The notes beneath the pieces are model-generated. The model was given only the letters and a program-made list of their open reading frames with translations, made no database searches and was not told the DNA's origin. DNA of 64,000 nt from Eledone cirrhosa (taxonomy: Eukaryota): NCBI GenBank assembly GCA_964016885.1, contig OZ024759.1:35588001-35652000 (forward strand). Direction: 5' to 3'. Of the stretch, positions 25,845-38,812 are shown one piece after another. The translations under genes and the position numbers were made by a program. Position 1 is the first letter of the stretch; every line of letters starts with the position of its first letter.

Positions 25845-26835
25845 ATGGTGGTGGTGATGGTGGTGGTGGTGGTGGTGGTGGTGGTGATGGTGGTGGTGAT
25901 GGTGGTGGTGGTGGCAGTGATGGTGGTGGTGGTGGTGGTGATGGTGGTGGTGATGGTGGTGGTGGTGATGGTGGTGGCAGTGATGGTGGTGGTGGTGGTG
26001 GTGATGGTGGTGACAGTGATGGTGGTGGTGGTGGTGGTGGTGGTAATGGTGGTGGTGGTGGTGGTGATGGTGGTGGTGGCAGTGATGGTGGTGGTGATGG
26101 TGGTGGTGGTGGTGGTGGTGGTGATGGTGGTGGCAGTGATGGTGGTGGTGGTGGTGGTAATGGTGGTGGTGGTGGTGGTGGCAGTGATGGTGGTGGTGAT
26201 GGTGGTGGTGGTGATGGTGGTGGCAGTGATGGTGGTGGTGGTGGTGGTAATGGTGGTGGTGGTGGTGGTGATGGTGGTGGTGGCAGTGATGGTGGTGGTG
26301 ATGGTGGTGGTGGTGATGGTGGTGGCAGTGATGGTGGTGGTGGTGGTGGTGGTGATGGTGGTGGTGGCAGTGATGGTGGTGGCAGTGATGGTGGTGGTAA
26401 TGGTGGTGGCAGTGATGGTGGTGGTGGTGATGGTAATGATGGTGGTGGTGATGGTGGTGGTGGTGATGGTGGTGATGATGGTGGTGGTGGTGGCAGTGAT
26501 GGTGGTGGTGGTGGTGGTGGTAATGGTGGTGGTGGTGGCAGTGATGGTGGTGGTGATGGTGGTGGTGATGGTGGTAATGATGGTGGTGGTGATGATGGTG
26601 GTGATGATGGTGGCAGTGATGGTGGTGGTGATAGTGGTGGTGATGATGGTGGTGGTGATGATGGTGGTGATGATGGTGGCAGTGATGGTGGTGGTGATAG
26701 TGGTGGTGATGGTGGTGGTGGTGGTGGTGATGGTGGTGGTGGTGGTGGTGATGGTGGTGGTGATGGTGGTGGTGGTGGTGATGGTGGTGGTGGTGATGGT
26801 GATCTCTGGTAATGATGGTGGTGGTAATGGTGGTG
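25845..26835. repeat. (GGT/GAT/GCA)n trinucleotide tract
   Basis: Direct observation; poly-His/Thr/Pro/Val ORFs are artefacts. Confidence 0.97.
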
Positions 26836-27069
26836 GTTTTTCTCGCATCCGATGTGAGAAAAACCACAGACCCTACATCTCAATTCTACTTTTGAAAAGC
26901 ACAAGAACTGGAAAACCGATAAAGGAACCAAATAAATATATTTAAAAAAAAATTATTTGTGTCAAATACAATCCAAAGACACAGTCTTCAGTGATACTAT
27001 ATTGTTAATAATTAAACATATGTTTACCTAAATATCTTGCTACTAGAGTCCAGTTACGGAGATATTGAT

Positions 27070-29165
27070 GTTTAAATCTTTTCGTTACCATATTTCTAAT
27101 GAAAGAATTTGGCTCAGATTTCCAAAATAAATTTTGGAAATAATAAAAAATTTGGAGGGATTTATTAATATAACGAACCTTTCTCTATTTAAGGTGATGT
27201 TTGGAACATAGCTTAATGTAGATTCTTAGATAAAACTATGATGGAAGATTTTTAGATTTTTTAAACAGTTTCATTGTCATACTTCTAATAAAAGGCATGT
27301 CCTATGATTTTTAAATCATTAAAAAAATATCCAAGCTGTTTTGGGGGACATAACTTAATGGAGTTTCCTATATAAAATTATCATGGCAGGTTTTTAAGTA
27401 AATATAAACATTTAAACCCCTTTCATTACCATATTTTTAAAATAATCAATAATTTGTCTATATTTGGTAATATAACAAACTTTCTCATTATCATGTTAGT
27501 GTTTTGAACATAACTTAACAAAGGTTCGTATATAAAATTATAATTGTTTCTACTTTAGGCACAAGACCAGCAAATTACCCAGTGCATTACTGGTACTTTA
27601 TTTTATCGACCCCGTAAGGATTTGAACTCAGATCGTAAAGGGACAAAACTATGCTGGAAAGCATGGCGTCCGACCCTCTACCGATACTGCCAATCCACCA
27701 CCCTAACATGGCGTCCAACCCTCTACCGATACTGCCAATCCACCACCCTAACATGGCATCCGACCCTCTACCGATACTGCCAATCCACCACCCTAACATG
27801 GCATCCGACCCTCTACCGATACTGCCAATCCACCACCCTAACATAGCGTCCGACCCTCTACTGATACTGCCAATCCACCACCCTAACATGGCATCCGACC
27901 CTCTACCGATACTGCCAATCCACCACCCTAACATGGCGTCCGACCCTCTACCGATACTGCCAATCCACCACCCTAACATGGCATCCGACCCTCTACCGAT
28001 ACTGCCAATCCACCACCCTAACATGGCGTCCGACCCTCTACCGATACTGCCAATCCACCACCCTAACATGGCATCCGACCCTCTACCGATACTGCCAATC
28101 CACCACCCTAACATGGCGTCCGACCCTCTACTGATACTGCCAATCCACCACCCTAACATGGCATCCGACCCTCTACCGATACTGCCAATCCACCACCCTA
28201 ACATGGCGTCCGACCCTCTACCGATACTGCCAATCCACCACCCTAACATGGCATCCGACCCTCTACCGATACTGCCAATCCACCACCCTAACATGGCGTC
28301 CAACCCTCTACCGATACTGCCAATCCACCACCCTAACATGGCATCCGACCCTCTACCGATACTGCCAATCCACCACCCTAACATGGCGTCCAACCCTCTA
28401 CCGATACTGCCAATCCACCACCCTAACATGGCATCCGACCCTCTACCGATACTGCCAATCCACCACCCTAACATGGCATCCGACCCTCTACCGATACTGC
28501 CAATCCACCACCCTAACATGGCGTCCGACCCTCTACCGATACTGCCAATCCACCACCCTAACATGGTGTCAGACCCTCTACCGATACTGCCAATCCACCA
28601 CCCTAACATGGCATCCGACCCTCTACCGATACTGCCAATCCACCACCCTAACATGGCATCCGACCCTCTACCGATACTGCCAATCCACCACCCTAACATG
28701 GCATCCGACCCTCTACCGATACTGCCAATCCACCACCCTAACATGGCATCCGACCCTCTACCGATACTGCCAATCCACCACCCTAACATGGCATCCGACC
28801 CTCTACCGATACTGCCAATCCACCACCCTAACATGGCGTCCGACCCTCTACCGATACTGCCAATCCACCACCCTAACATGGCGTCCGACCCTCTACCGAT
28901 ACTGCCAATCCACCACCCTAACATGGCGTCCGACCCTCTACCGATACTGCCAATCCATATAATGGAAGGTTTTTAGATAAATATAAACACTTTAAAATAA
29001 ACAGTTTTGTATCATAGAACCAAGAGTGTTTGGAACATAACTTAACACAGGTTCTTATATAAAATTATAATGGAAGGTTTTTAGATAAATATAAACACTT
29101 TAAAATAAACAGTTTTGTTTCATAGAACCAGGAGTATTTTTAAGTAGTTTTGTATGAAAAAAGGT
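27070..29165. mobile_element. Nested: piggyBac-like MITE pieces > minus-strand SINE (27541-28957) > 45-bp minisatellite (27662-28956, about 29 copies)
   Basis: Flanks are reverse complements of 49620-50433; SINE bounded by tataat duplication; repeat unit equals the SINE head ggtggattggcagtatcggtagagggtcggacgccatg. Confidence 0.85.
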
Positions 29166-29546
29166 TCGGATATTGTTTTGATATTTCATATATAATTACA
29201 ACAGTGTCTTGTTGAATAATTTATTAACCTTTGAAACAAAAGAACCACCAATAATAACAACAACACCAACAACAACAACACCACCACCAACAACAACAAC
29301 AGAACTACCAACAGCAACAAAAGCACTAACAACAATATGGCTTGACATAAAGAAGTTAGGAGAGTATTTAGGACATGTTGGAACATGGAGTGAAATTCTA
29401 TAGATGATAGAAAATATATTTCCAGCGGAATATATTAAGGAATGGTCTGACTAGAAAACATGAAATTATAGGTAAAAAGTGGAATTAATTTGTGAAAACA
29501 GAAGGAAATATTGATTGTTAGAGTGGCGTCTCTTTACTTGGTAATG

Positions 29547-29577
<31 letters not shown>

Positions 29578-29661
29578 CATGTATATATATACATATATAT
29601 ATATATATATGAGATATATATGCACACACATACATATATATAAATAAATATATATATATAT

Positions 29662-29720
29662 ATTTAATATAGAAATGGCTTCTACAGGACTAGAACTGTT
29701 TCATTCGGAAGAAATCATCA
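29662..29720 (-). ncRNA. Clipped hammerhead, 22570 family
   Basis: Minus: (ta)n-UGAUGA-UUUC(uucc)GAAU-GAAACAG(uucuaguc)CUGUA-GAAGCC. Confidence 0.6.
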
Positions 29721-29769
29721 TATATATGCATATATATATATCATCATCATCATCCATGTAAATATAGAG

Positions 29770-29945
29770 AATTGGATTCGCAATCGTGAGGTTGTGAGTT
29801 TGATTCCTGGACCGGGCGATGCGTTATGTCCTTGAGCAAGACACTTTATTTCACGTTGCTCCTTCTACCTGGAGTTGCGACCGATAGATAGTATTAGCAA
29901 CTGGAAAGACTAATGGAAACATTGTTTCCTTGGTCCAATTTGACG
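29770..29945 (+). mobile_element. CORE-type SINE fragment
   Basis: gagtttgattcc B-box followed by tgtccttgagcaagacactttatttcac. Confidence 0.75.
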
Positions 29946-29971
29946 AAAGTTAATTGACTGTCAATATATCC

Positions 29972-30007
<36 letters not shown>

Positions 30008-30256
30008 CCATATCTATCTATCTATCTATATATGTGTTACCCATATGTAATGTCTCCCCCTATTGGGGAAAATCGATTAACTTTTAAATTGTATTTGTGA
30101 TAGTATTTTACATGTTTTTATTGTATGTAAACTTCGCCCTTTGTATTTGTCGCCTTCTTTTGTGCCCCTGTGGCTAATAAAGAAACATATATATATATAT
30201 ATATGCATTCATATATATATATATATAGTTATGTCATAAACAACATAAGATAATTA

Positions 30257-30317
30257 TTTCATTTACCAGTGGTTTCTTGAAAGCAAACAAAATTTGCTTT
30301 CAGTCAGCAGAATGAAA
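30257..30317 (-). ncRNA. Type I hammerhead variant (CUGCUGA core) in a fold-back with about 79-bp arms (30226-30408)
   Basis: Minus: UUUCAUU-CUGCUGA-C-UGAAAGCAAA(uuuug)UUUGCUUUCA-A-GAAA-CCA(c)UGG-UA/AAUGAAA; perfect 7-bp stem I and 10-bp stem II. Confidence 0.7.
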
Positions 30318-30749
30318 AAATCTTGGTGTACTGAAAGCAAATTTTGTTTGCTTTCAAGAAACCACTGGTAAATGAAATAATTATCTTATGTTGTTTATTA
30401 CATAACTAATAAGCTCTGTAACCTACATAGAGCACTCTTTTTTCCTGGACCTTTCCGATGGAATTACTTCATTTATATATATATATATATCCATATATAT
30501 CACCCACAATTTCTCTCAGTTCATTTGCTTCTTTACACTAACCTAACACATCCAACAGAGCGTGCTTGCTTGGTTTCTTTCCAGTTCATTCACTATTTTA
30601 CTATCAAACAACAGCACACTTCATACATATGCATCTTCTTCTTTAGAGAGTTCATATTAAAAAGAAAGATTACAACCTTGATGTTGGATTAAAATAACCT
30701 TTAGCTGAAGAAGCTTAAATTGTTCGATTTTTAATCTGCTCTTCACTTG

Positions 30750-31000
30750 GAAAGAGAGTATGCTTTGGTGGATGTGTGATGTTAATGTCCATGAATAGCA
30801 AAGCTTGGATGAGCTGTGAGAAAAGCTGGATATAAGAGGAATCAGATGTAGTGAGCAAGTGAGAAGACTGTGGTGGTATGGACATGTGATGTTAGTATGT
30901 ATGAAAGACAAAGCATAGATGAATTGGGAGAAGGATGTGTGTATGAGGAATCAAATGTGGTGTGAAAGAGAGAAGACTGTGCTGGTATGGACATGTGAAA
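30750..31000 (+). mobile_element. Degenerate RTE LINE C-terminal fragment
   Basis: SMLWWMCDVNVHE*QSLDEL*EKLDIRGIRCSEQVRRLWWYGHVM, with stops. Confidence 0.75.
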
Positions 31001-31159
31001 ACCATATGGATGATGTTTGTACGGTAAAGAAATGCCAAGACATCCCCGTGGAATGAAGCTATTTAAAGCAAATTTTGCCACTTCATTCTTTCTCTGGCTA
31101 CTACACCGTCAGAACACCCTCCCCTCCATTGCTAATTGTGTTATTCCCTGCTAACTAAA

Positions 31160-31445
31160 ACTTAAGTCTCCAGTCATTTCTAGGTTTTTATTAAGTTTTC
31201 TTGATTCTAAGCTTTGCTTCCATGTTTGCAAATCCTTCTCTAATTCTTTAACAGACTCAGGTCATTAGAATACAGAGGTTCCCATGGAGAGATGGTCTTA
31301 AACCCCTCTGTTAAGGACTAGAGGGCTGTAATAAAGAACAAGGTGTTGAGAACCAAGCCCTGACGGACACCTGCCTGCACTGAACTTATTACCAACTCTT
31401 ACTTCACTAATAGCCTCTCTGTACATGACTTTCACAGCTCTCACA
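31160..31445 (-). mobile_element. Degenerate RTE reverse-transcriptase fragment
   Basis: QAGVRQGLVLNTLFF...PWEPLYSNDL resembles GVxQGxxLSPxLF and LLYADDL. Confidence 0.7.
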
Positions 31446-31589
31446 AGTCTGGTTTTCTTAAATGTTACCACATTTTACTGGTGCTATCTCTCTCTACATA
31501 TCTTGTACAGTTCTCACAAGTCATTCATGTATGTTTATTTTTCTTAGCAACCCTCAAACTACAGAGCAGTGTGCCCTGTTAGAGGCCTT

Positions 31590-32015
31590 ATAGTGCTGGG
31601 GCCACGAAAAATGCATCCAATACACCCTGTAGAATGGTTGACATTAGGAAGCTTATCCAGCAGTAGAAAACTTGGCAAATAAAGCATTGAGAGGACTCTT
31701 CACTTGTGTCAAGGGCCTGGCAACCTTTTTAGTGTTGGTGCCATGATAACTTGCACCCAGTACACTCTGTAAAATGGTTAGTGATAGGAAGCATATATAC
31801 ACAGACACACATATATATACATTCAAATGGTAAATGTGGTTGGTGTTAGGAAGGGCATCTAGTTGTAAAAACCCCAGCCAAAATGCAGTTCCGTTTGACC
31901 AAGGTATGGCGCAGCTAACTGGCCAGATTTGTTTCATAACATGGACAACCCAACTAACCCACGCAAACATGGGAAAATAGACATTAAATGGTGATGATGA
32001 TGAGGACGATGAAGA
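31590..32015 (+). mobile_element. Rearranged SINE copies (ttaggaagggcatc family)
   Basis: Repeated domain and (ATG)n tail. Confidence 0.65.
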
Positions 32016-32068
32016 TATATATATAATAAGAAAAAGCAATCCAGTTTCGTTTACATGTATTTATGGTT

Positions 32069-32154
32069 TTACTGAGTATCGACCTGTTACATGTGTTTCA
32101 CAGATGATTGGCTCAAGGTCACCTATGGAACTAAGGACCTGTTCATCAGAGTAA
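32069..32154 (-). ncRNA. Candidate hammerhead with large stem II insertion
   Basis: Minus: UUACU-CUGAUGA-ACAG...CUGU-GAAAC...CUC-AGUAA; stem III ambiguous. A plus-strand ctctac...attgagtgctc tail follows. Confidence 0.45.
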
Positions 32155-32579
32155 TGATTCAACAAAAAAATAAAGTGTTTTTCTTATATACACTCTACCT
32201 GAGCATTGAGTGCTCATATTGGTACCACCAGTAATTCAATGATTGACTGAATCACATACACTCTCTATCTATCTCTCTATATATAGACATATATAACTAT
32301 ATATATATTGATAAATATGTATTGGTAAATATATATTGGTAAAAAGTGTCAGGAAATCCCAGTAGAATGAAGCCGTAGTAGAGATAGATCAAGAAAGACC
32401 TGGGCTGAGGTTGTGAGATGCTGTGTTGAAAACGATCCATCCAATCCATGCAAATGTAGAAAAGGGGACGTAAAAACGATGATGATGATGATATACTTTA
32501 TATATTTTGAGTTAGTTAAAATCAAGTGATACTAGTGTATGCAGGATAGAACACTCAGCGAAGTAAACATACAGGTTAG

Positions 32580-33035
32580 GAAAATCTTGGGAAAATCTTA
32601 GGGAAATCTTAAGAAAATCTTAGTCATAGGAAAATCTTAGAAAAAATGAAGGAAAGTCTTGGGAAAATCTTAGTCTTAGGAAAATCTTGGAAAATCTTTA
32701 AAAAATCTTAGTCTTAGGAAAATCTTAGGGAAATCTTAAAAAAATCTTAGTTTTAGGAAAATCTTGGGAAATCTTTAAAAAATCTTAGTCTTAGGAAAAT
32801 CTTAGGGAAATCTTTAAAAAATCTTAGTCTTAGGAAAATCTTGGGAAATCTTAAAAAAATCTTAGTCTTAGGAAAATCTTAGGGAAATCTTTAAAAAATC
32901 TTAGTCTTAGGAAAATCTTGGGAAATCTTAAAAAAATCTTAGTCTTAGGAAAATCTTAGGGAAATCTTTAAAAAATCTTAGTCTTAGGAAAATCTTGGGA
33001 AATCTTTAAAAAATCTTAGTCTTAGGAAAATCTTA
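32580..33035. repeat. About 38-bp minisatellite built from AAATCTT subunits
   Basis: Direct observation. Confidence 0.9.
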
Positions 33036-33400
33036 AAAAAAAGATGTCCAATTGGCAGAGTTGCTAAGATATTTTGTTCAAATGGTTTGTGGTATTTTTT
33101 CTGGCTTTCTATATTTTCAGTTAGATTCCAATGAAGGTCAACTTTGTATCATTTCAGAGTCAAACAATAAAATACGGGCCTCGTGGAATCAGTGGATTGG
33201 AAGAATTGTTAAAATATCAGATGAGATGATTTGGAACAACCATAGTTGGTCGTATGCTGGTCTTTGTTTGCATTCTGAGTTCAAGTTGCACATAGTGTGG
33301 GTATATATATGTGTGTGAGTGAATGTGTGGGTGTGTGTGTGTGTGTATATGTGATTGTATGTGAGTGAATTTGTGTGTGTGTGAGTGTGTGTGTCTGAGT

Positions 33401-33431
<31 letters not shown>

Positions 33432-33635
33432 AATGTGTGTGTGTGAGTGTGTGTGAATGTGTGTGTGTATGTGTCTGTATGTATGTGTGTATGTGTGTGT
33501 GTGTCTGTGTGTATGTGTGTATGTGTATGTGTCTGTGTGTATGTGTGTGTGTACAGTAACAGTCATCTGCCACGTTAACTGTCGGCCTCCACACTGAAAC
33601 ATCAGAACTAAAATGGTTTTGTAAGAGGAACTACA

Positions 33636-33674
<39 letters not shown>

Positions 33675-33968
33675 AAATATTGTGTACAGTGCTCAGGTGC
33701 ACTACAACTCATCAAAAGTGTATGTATAGTACATAGGGTAATGTACAAACGTCAGAGAGAAACAGATTGAAGAAAGGAATGGAACAACTTCTCCATTTTC
33801 TCCCATATTTCTTATGGGAGAAACCCTATTTCTTATGAAAGAAACCCTATTTCAATAAATTAGGGGAAATGTCAAGGGATTTACTAAAATTATAAATAGT
33901 AAAATAGTATCTTAACATATGGTTTTTATATAAAACTGGATGAAGGTCACATCTTCTCCCTCTTTCTA

Positions 33969-34007
<39 letters not shown>

Positions 34008-34044
34008 CTCAACAAACGACGTTCCTTTCTCTATGTACATAGAA

Positions 34045-34365
34045 GGTGCGTGGCTTCGTGGTTAGGGTAGTCAGCTCATGATCGTAAGGTCATGAGTTCA
34101 ATTCCCCGCGGTGTGTTGTGTCCTTGAGCAAGACACTTTATTTCACATTACTCCAGTCCAAACAGCTGGCAAAATTGAGTTGTACCAGTAATTCGAATGG
34201 CTAGCCTTGTCACATTCTGTGTCACGCTGAATCTCCCTGAGAACCACATTAAGGGTACACATGTCTGTGGAATGCTTAGCCACTTGGATGTTAATTTCAT
34301 AAGCAGGCTGTTCCGTTGATCATATCAACTGGAAAACTTATCGTCATAACCTACAGAATGCCTCA
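34045..34365 (+). mobile_element. Near full-length CORE-type tRNA SINE
   Basis: A-box tggcttcgtggttag, B-box gagttcaattcc, CORE-like tgtgtccttgagcaagacactt. Confidence 0.85.
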
Positions 34366-34407
34366 TATATTCCCATACCTTTCACTTGCCCCCCCCCCCT
34401 CTATATA

Positions 34408-34480
34408 TAGATGAGGGCGGCATCATAACTTTCTATCTAGCTACTTCTTTCTGTCACCTCGAAAACAGTGTTCCCCTTTC
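34408..34480 (+). ncRNA. Clipped hammerhead-like motif
   Basis: (ta)n-GAUGA-GGGCGGCA...UGUCACCUC-GAAA-ACA(g)UGU-UC. Confidence 0.4.
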
Positions 34481-34774
34481 TCTCTCTATCAATGTACATA
34501 TCTCTCACTTGGTGCTCCCCCCTCTCTATATAAAGTGAACGTGACAGACAGACAGACAGACAGACAGAGATAGACAGAGAGAGAGACAGACAGACAGCGC
34601 TCTTATCATATATAGATTATGCTGAAAATGTCTTATCTAAATAGGAACCCTTTAACCATTTCATGACCATACTTCCAATGAAATACATATATATATACAT
34701 ATATACATATATATATATATATACATACATATATATATATATACATGTATATATATACATACATATATATATAT

Positions 34775-34815
<41 letters not shown>

Positions 34816-34870
34816 TATACATACATATATATATATATACATGTATATATATACATACATATATATATAT

Positions 34871-34911
<41 letters not shown>

Positions 34912-34932
34912 TATACATACATATATATATAT

Positions 34933-34973
<41 letters not shown>

Positions 34974-35041
34974 TATATACACATATATATGCATATATAT
35001 ATATATATAGATATGTATATATGGAGGATATATACATATAT

Positions 35042-35078
<37 letters not shown>

Positions 35079-35081
<3 letters not shown>

Positions 35082-35280
35082 GATGGGCTAAAAAGTTCAT
35101 AGGCTGACTATGAAAGAAGGATGATGCTAGAGCTGTGAAATCTTGCATGTGTTAATTTCAATTCTTCTTATTAATAACTGCATTGTTTCTTTCCAGGGAC
35201 TATGTTTAAAAATAAACCTCATTTGGTCATTCCATGAGAGTATCTTGGTCAGCTTATGAATTTTACAACCGGCCCTTGTA
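35079..35280. mobile_element. Mariner-like MITE
   Basis: Imperfect TIRs ggctaaaaagttcataggctgac / gtcagcttatgaattttacaacc; TA at the ends. Confidence 0.6.
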
Positions 35281-35391
35281 TTTAGATGAGACAGAGAAGA
35301 GGCAGTTTTTGGAGAAGAGGGTGGCAGCTTTCTTCCAGAGAAGGATAGAGAGAATGGAAGTGAGAAAGAGATATAGAGGTAGAATCTCTTA

Positions 35392-35808
35392 AGGCACATG
35401 GCTTAGTGGTTAGAGCATTGGGCTTGCAATCAAAAGGTTGTGAGTTCAATTCTCGGACCGGGTGATGTGTTGTTTCCTTGAGCAAGACACTTTATTTCAC
35501 ATTGCTCCAGTTTACTCAACTGTAGAAATGAGATGATAGGGACTGGGGTCCCTATCATTCCACTGCAAAGTGGTCGTGGAGGTGCCACAGCAAAAAAGCA
35601 CCCAGCCCACACTGTAAAGTGGATATGTAGGCGCCACGGAAAAGATGGTATTAGGAAGGGTATCCAGCTGTAGAAATCAAGCCAGAATCAGTTCCAGTAT
35701 GAACAAGACAAAGTCAGCTGACCGGACACTGCCCACAACAGGACAACCTGTCTAACCCATGCTAGCGTGGAAGAACGGACATAAAACGTTGATGATGATG
35801 ATGATGAC
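35392..35808 (+). mobile_element. Chimeric SINE: CORE-type head plus second SINE body with RTE-like tail
   Basis: Same junction (gatagggactggggtccctatcattccactgcaaagtgg) at 46447-46775. Confidence 0.85.
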
Positions 35809-36009
35809 GAATCAACCCCAGTATTAGACTGGTACTTTTTTTATTGACCTCGAATGGATGAAAGGCAAAGTTGAGCTGAGAGGTGAGAGAATACTCCAGT
35901 GGAAATATGATAAAGTCATGTGAGAGATAAGAGATATGGTGATAGCTGAGAGTGAAGACTGAATTATCAGCAAGTAGCTAAAACTATTGATTATAGGCTG
36001 GCCGAAGTA

Positions 36010-36705
36010 ACTGACCATAAGTTGGCTGAAGTAACTGGCCACAGGGTGGCTGAGAGAACTGGCCACAGGGTGGCTGAGAGAACTGACCATGGTGTGGCTG
36101 AGAGAACTGACCATGGTGTGGCTGAGAGAACTGACCATGGTGTGGCTGAGAGAATGGACCATGGTGTGGCTGAAAGAACTGACCATGGTGTGGCTGGAAG
36201 AACTGACCATGGTGTGGCTGGAATAACTGACCATGGTGTGGCTGAAAGAACTGACCATGGTGTGGTTGAAAGAACTGAACATGGTGTGGTTGAAAGAACT
36301 GACCATGGTGTGGTTGAAAGAACTGACCACAGGGTGACTGAAAGAACTGACCATAGGCTAGCTGAAAGAACTGACTATGAAGTGACTAAAACTATTGACC
36401 ACAGGGTGGCTAAAGTGACTGACCATGGGGTAGTTAAAAGAAACGACCATGGGGTGGCTAAAATCAATGACATTAGGTTGGCTTAAGGAAGTGGTCACAG
36501 GGTAGCTAGAGGTGTTGACTGTGGGGTGGCTAAAAGAAATGATCGCAGGGTGGCTAAAGTAACTGACCATGGGGTGGCTGAAGCAAATGACCGTGGGGTG
36601 GCTGAAGGAAATGACCGTGGGGTGGCTGAAGGAAATGACCGTGGGGTGGCTGAAGGAAATGACCGTGGGGTGGCTGAAGGAAATGACCGCAAGGTGGCTG
36701 AAGTA
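36010..36705. repeat. 21-bp minisatellite (gtggctgaaagaactgaccat)
   Basis: Direct observation. Confidence 0.9.
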
Positions 36706-36779
36706 GACAGTAGTTTAGTAAAGATGACTGGAGGAGAAAGAAGAAGAGTGTATATACATACATAGATACATGCACGCAT

Positions 36780-36810
<31 letters not shown>

Positions 36811-37194
36811 CGCACAAACATTATATAATATATATATATATAATATATATATATGCACAAACATTATATAATATATATATATTTATATATATAGATAATA
36901 TAATATATATATATATATAATATAATATAATATATATATATATAGAGAGAGAGATGATGGATATGCTACATTAGAAACAGAACTTCGAAGTCCCTGTCAA
37001 AGAAATCATATGCATGTGTGTGCATATATGCATATATATGGGAGTATGTGTGTGTGTGTACTTTTGCATACATCATCATCATTTTACATACATACACACA
37101 TACAGACAGATACACACACACACACACATATATTATAAATATATTATAATCATTTTTTGGTAATGGTTAGAGCCACTGGTGCACTACCACAAAA

Positions 37195-37235
<41 letters not shown>

Positions 37236-37241
37236 GCATAA

Positions 37242-37272
<31 letters not shown>

Positions 37273-38006
37273 TGTGCATAAATATATATATATAGGCATA
37301 AATATATATATACATATATATATATATATATGCATATATATATATATGCATAAATATATGTATATATATATATATGCCCCTACCTACTATGTGTATATAT
37401 GTATATATATACATACATATATATCCATATATATATATATAACTGTGCATCACTGTATATTTCTCAGCTGTGGAGGATGGTGGGGAAAGAGAAAATGGTT
37501 ATGTAAGTGAGAGAGAGAGAGAGAGAGAGAGAGAGTAATGGCGTGAGAGGGGGAGAGAGAATGATGGAATGATGAAGTGAGAGGGAGGAGAGTAAGGTAC
37601 AGTGGTGGTGGAGGGGGGTAGTGGTTTTCTGAAAGAGATTATGTGGGTGTTAGAATAGGTAATATGAGAGAGGAAGGGGAGGAGACTGTCATATAGGCAG
37701 ATAATGGGAGTGGGAGAGAGAGAGAGAGTGTATATTGTGATGGAGGGAGAGAGGAAGAGAGAGAGATGTATATATATTGAGAGTGGGAGGATGGAGAGAG
37801 AGAGAGATGTATATATTGTGGGGGAAGGAGAGAGAGAGAGAGAGAGGGGGAAGGAGAGAGAGAGAGACTGACACACAGACAGACAAAGAGAATATGAATG
37901 AAAAAATATTCCCATATATGAATGAAAAAATAGCAGATGATGTTTTAGGATATATATATATATATATATATATATATCTGCACATATATTATATAGATAC
38001 ACACAT

Positions 38007-38092
<86 letters not shown>

Positions 38093-38207
38093 TATATTGT
38101 ATAGATGTATGTGTATATAATATATAGCTGCACATATATAATAGAGATGTGTGTGTGTATATATATTCATATATAATATATCTGCACATATTTAATATAG
38201 ATGTGTT

Positions 38208-38246
<39 letters not shown>

Positions 38247-38323
38247 GCAAAAGTAAATGGAAACAAGAAAGCAGACACTCAGTACAATGAAGAAATATAT
38301 TAGTTTAACGCTTGATATAGTAG

Positions 38324-38390
<67 letters not shown>

Positions 38391-38471
38391 CATACGCACT
38401 CACATATATAATAAATGTATACATACATACATGTATGTATGTATGTATGTATTTATGCAAATAAGGCCACT

Positions 38472-38514
<43 letters not shown>

Positions 38515-38744
38515 TAGCAAATGAGAAAAACCCTTGGTACACAAAAAAATATATTTGACAAATGATAAGACTTTTTCAGTGGTTGCTACACTTTAGTAGT
38601 AAAACTATGTTGAGCAGAGCTAAGCCATACTAGGGGGGGAAATGGACGTTAAGCGGTGCTGATGAGGATTAAAGAAAATTCCCTCCTATTATTTTATATA
38701 TATTATATATATATTGCTGGCCTTGTGCCAATAGTAGAAACAAT

Positions 38745-38812
<68 letters not shown>

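Noticed and set aside
22949-26945. Poly-His/Pro/Thr/Val ORFs resembling extensins or mucins (also at 6733, 46863, 48066)
   Set aside because: Trinucleotide repeats lacking stops in most frames; no splice signals or unique domain.
27695-28925. CCCTAA telomere-like motif in each unit
   Set aside because: Single hexamer at the unit junction, not tandem.
27587-28976. 441/445-aa repeat proteins
   Set aside because: The unit is a SINE head; 45 bp is simply divisible by 3.
34045-34115. tRNA gene
   Set aside because: A/B boxes continue into a SINE body; no convincing cloverleaf or terminator.
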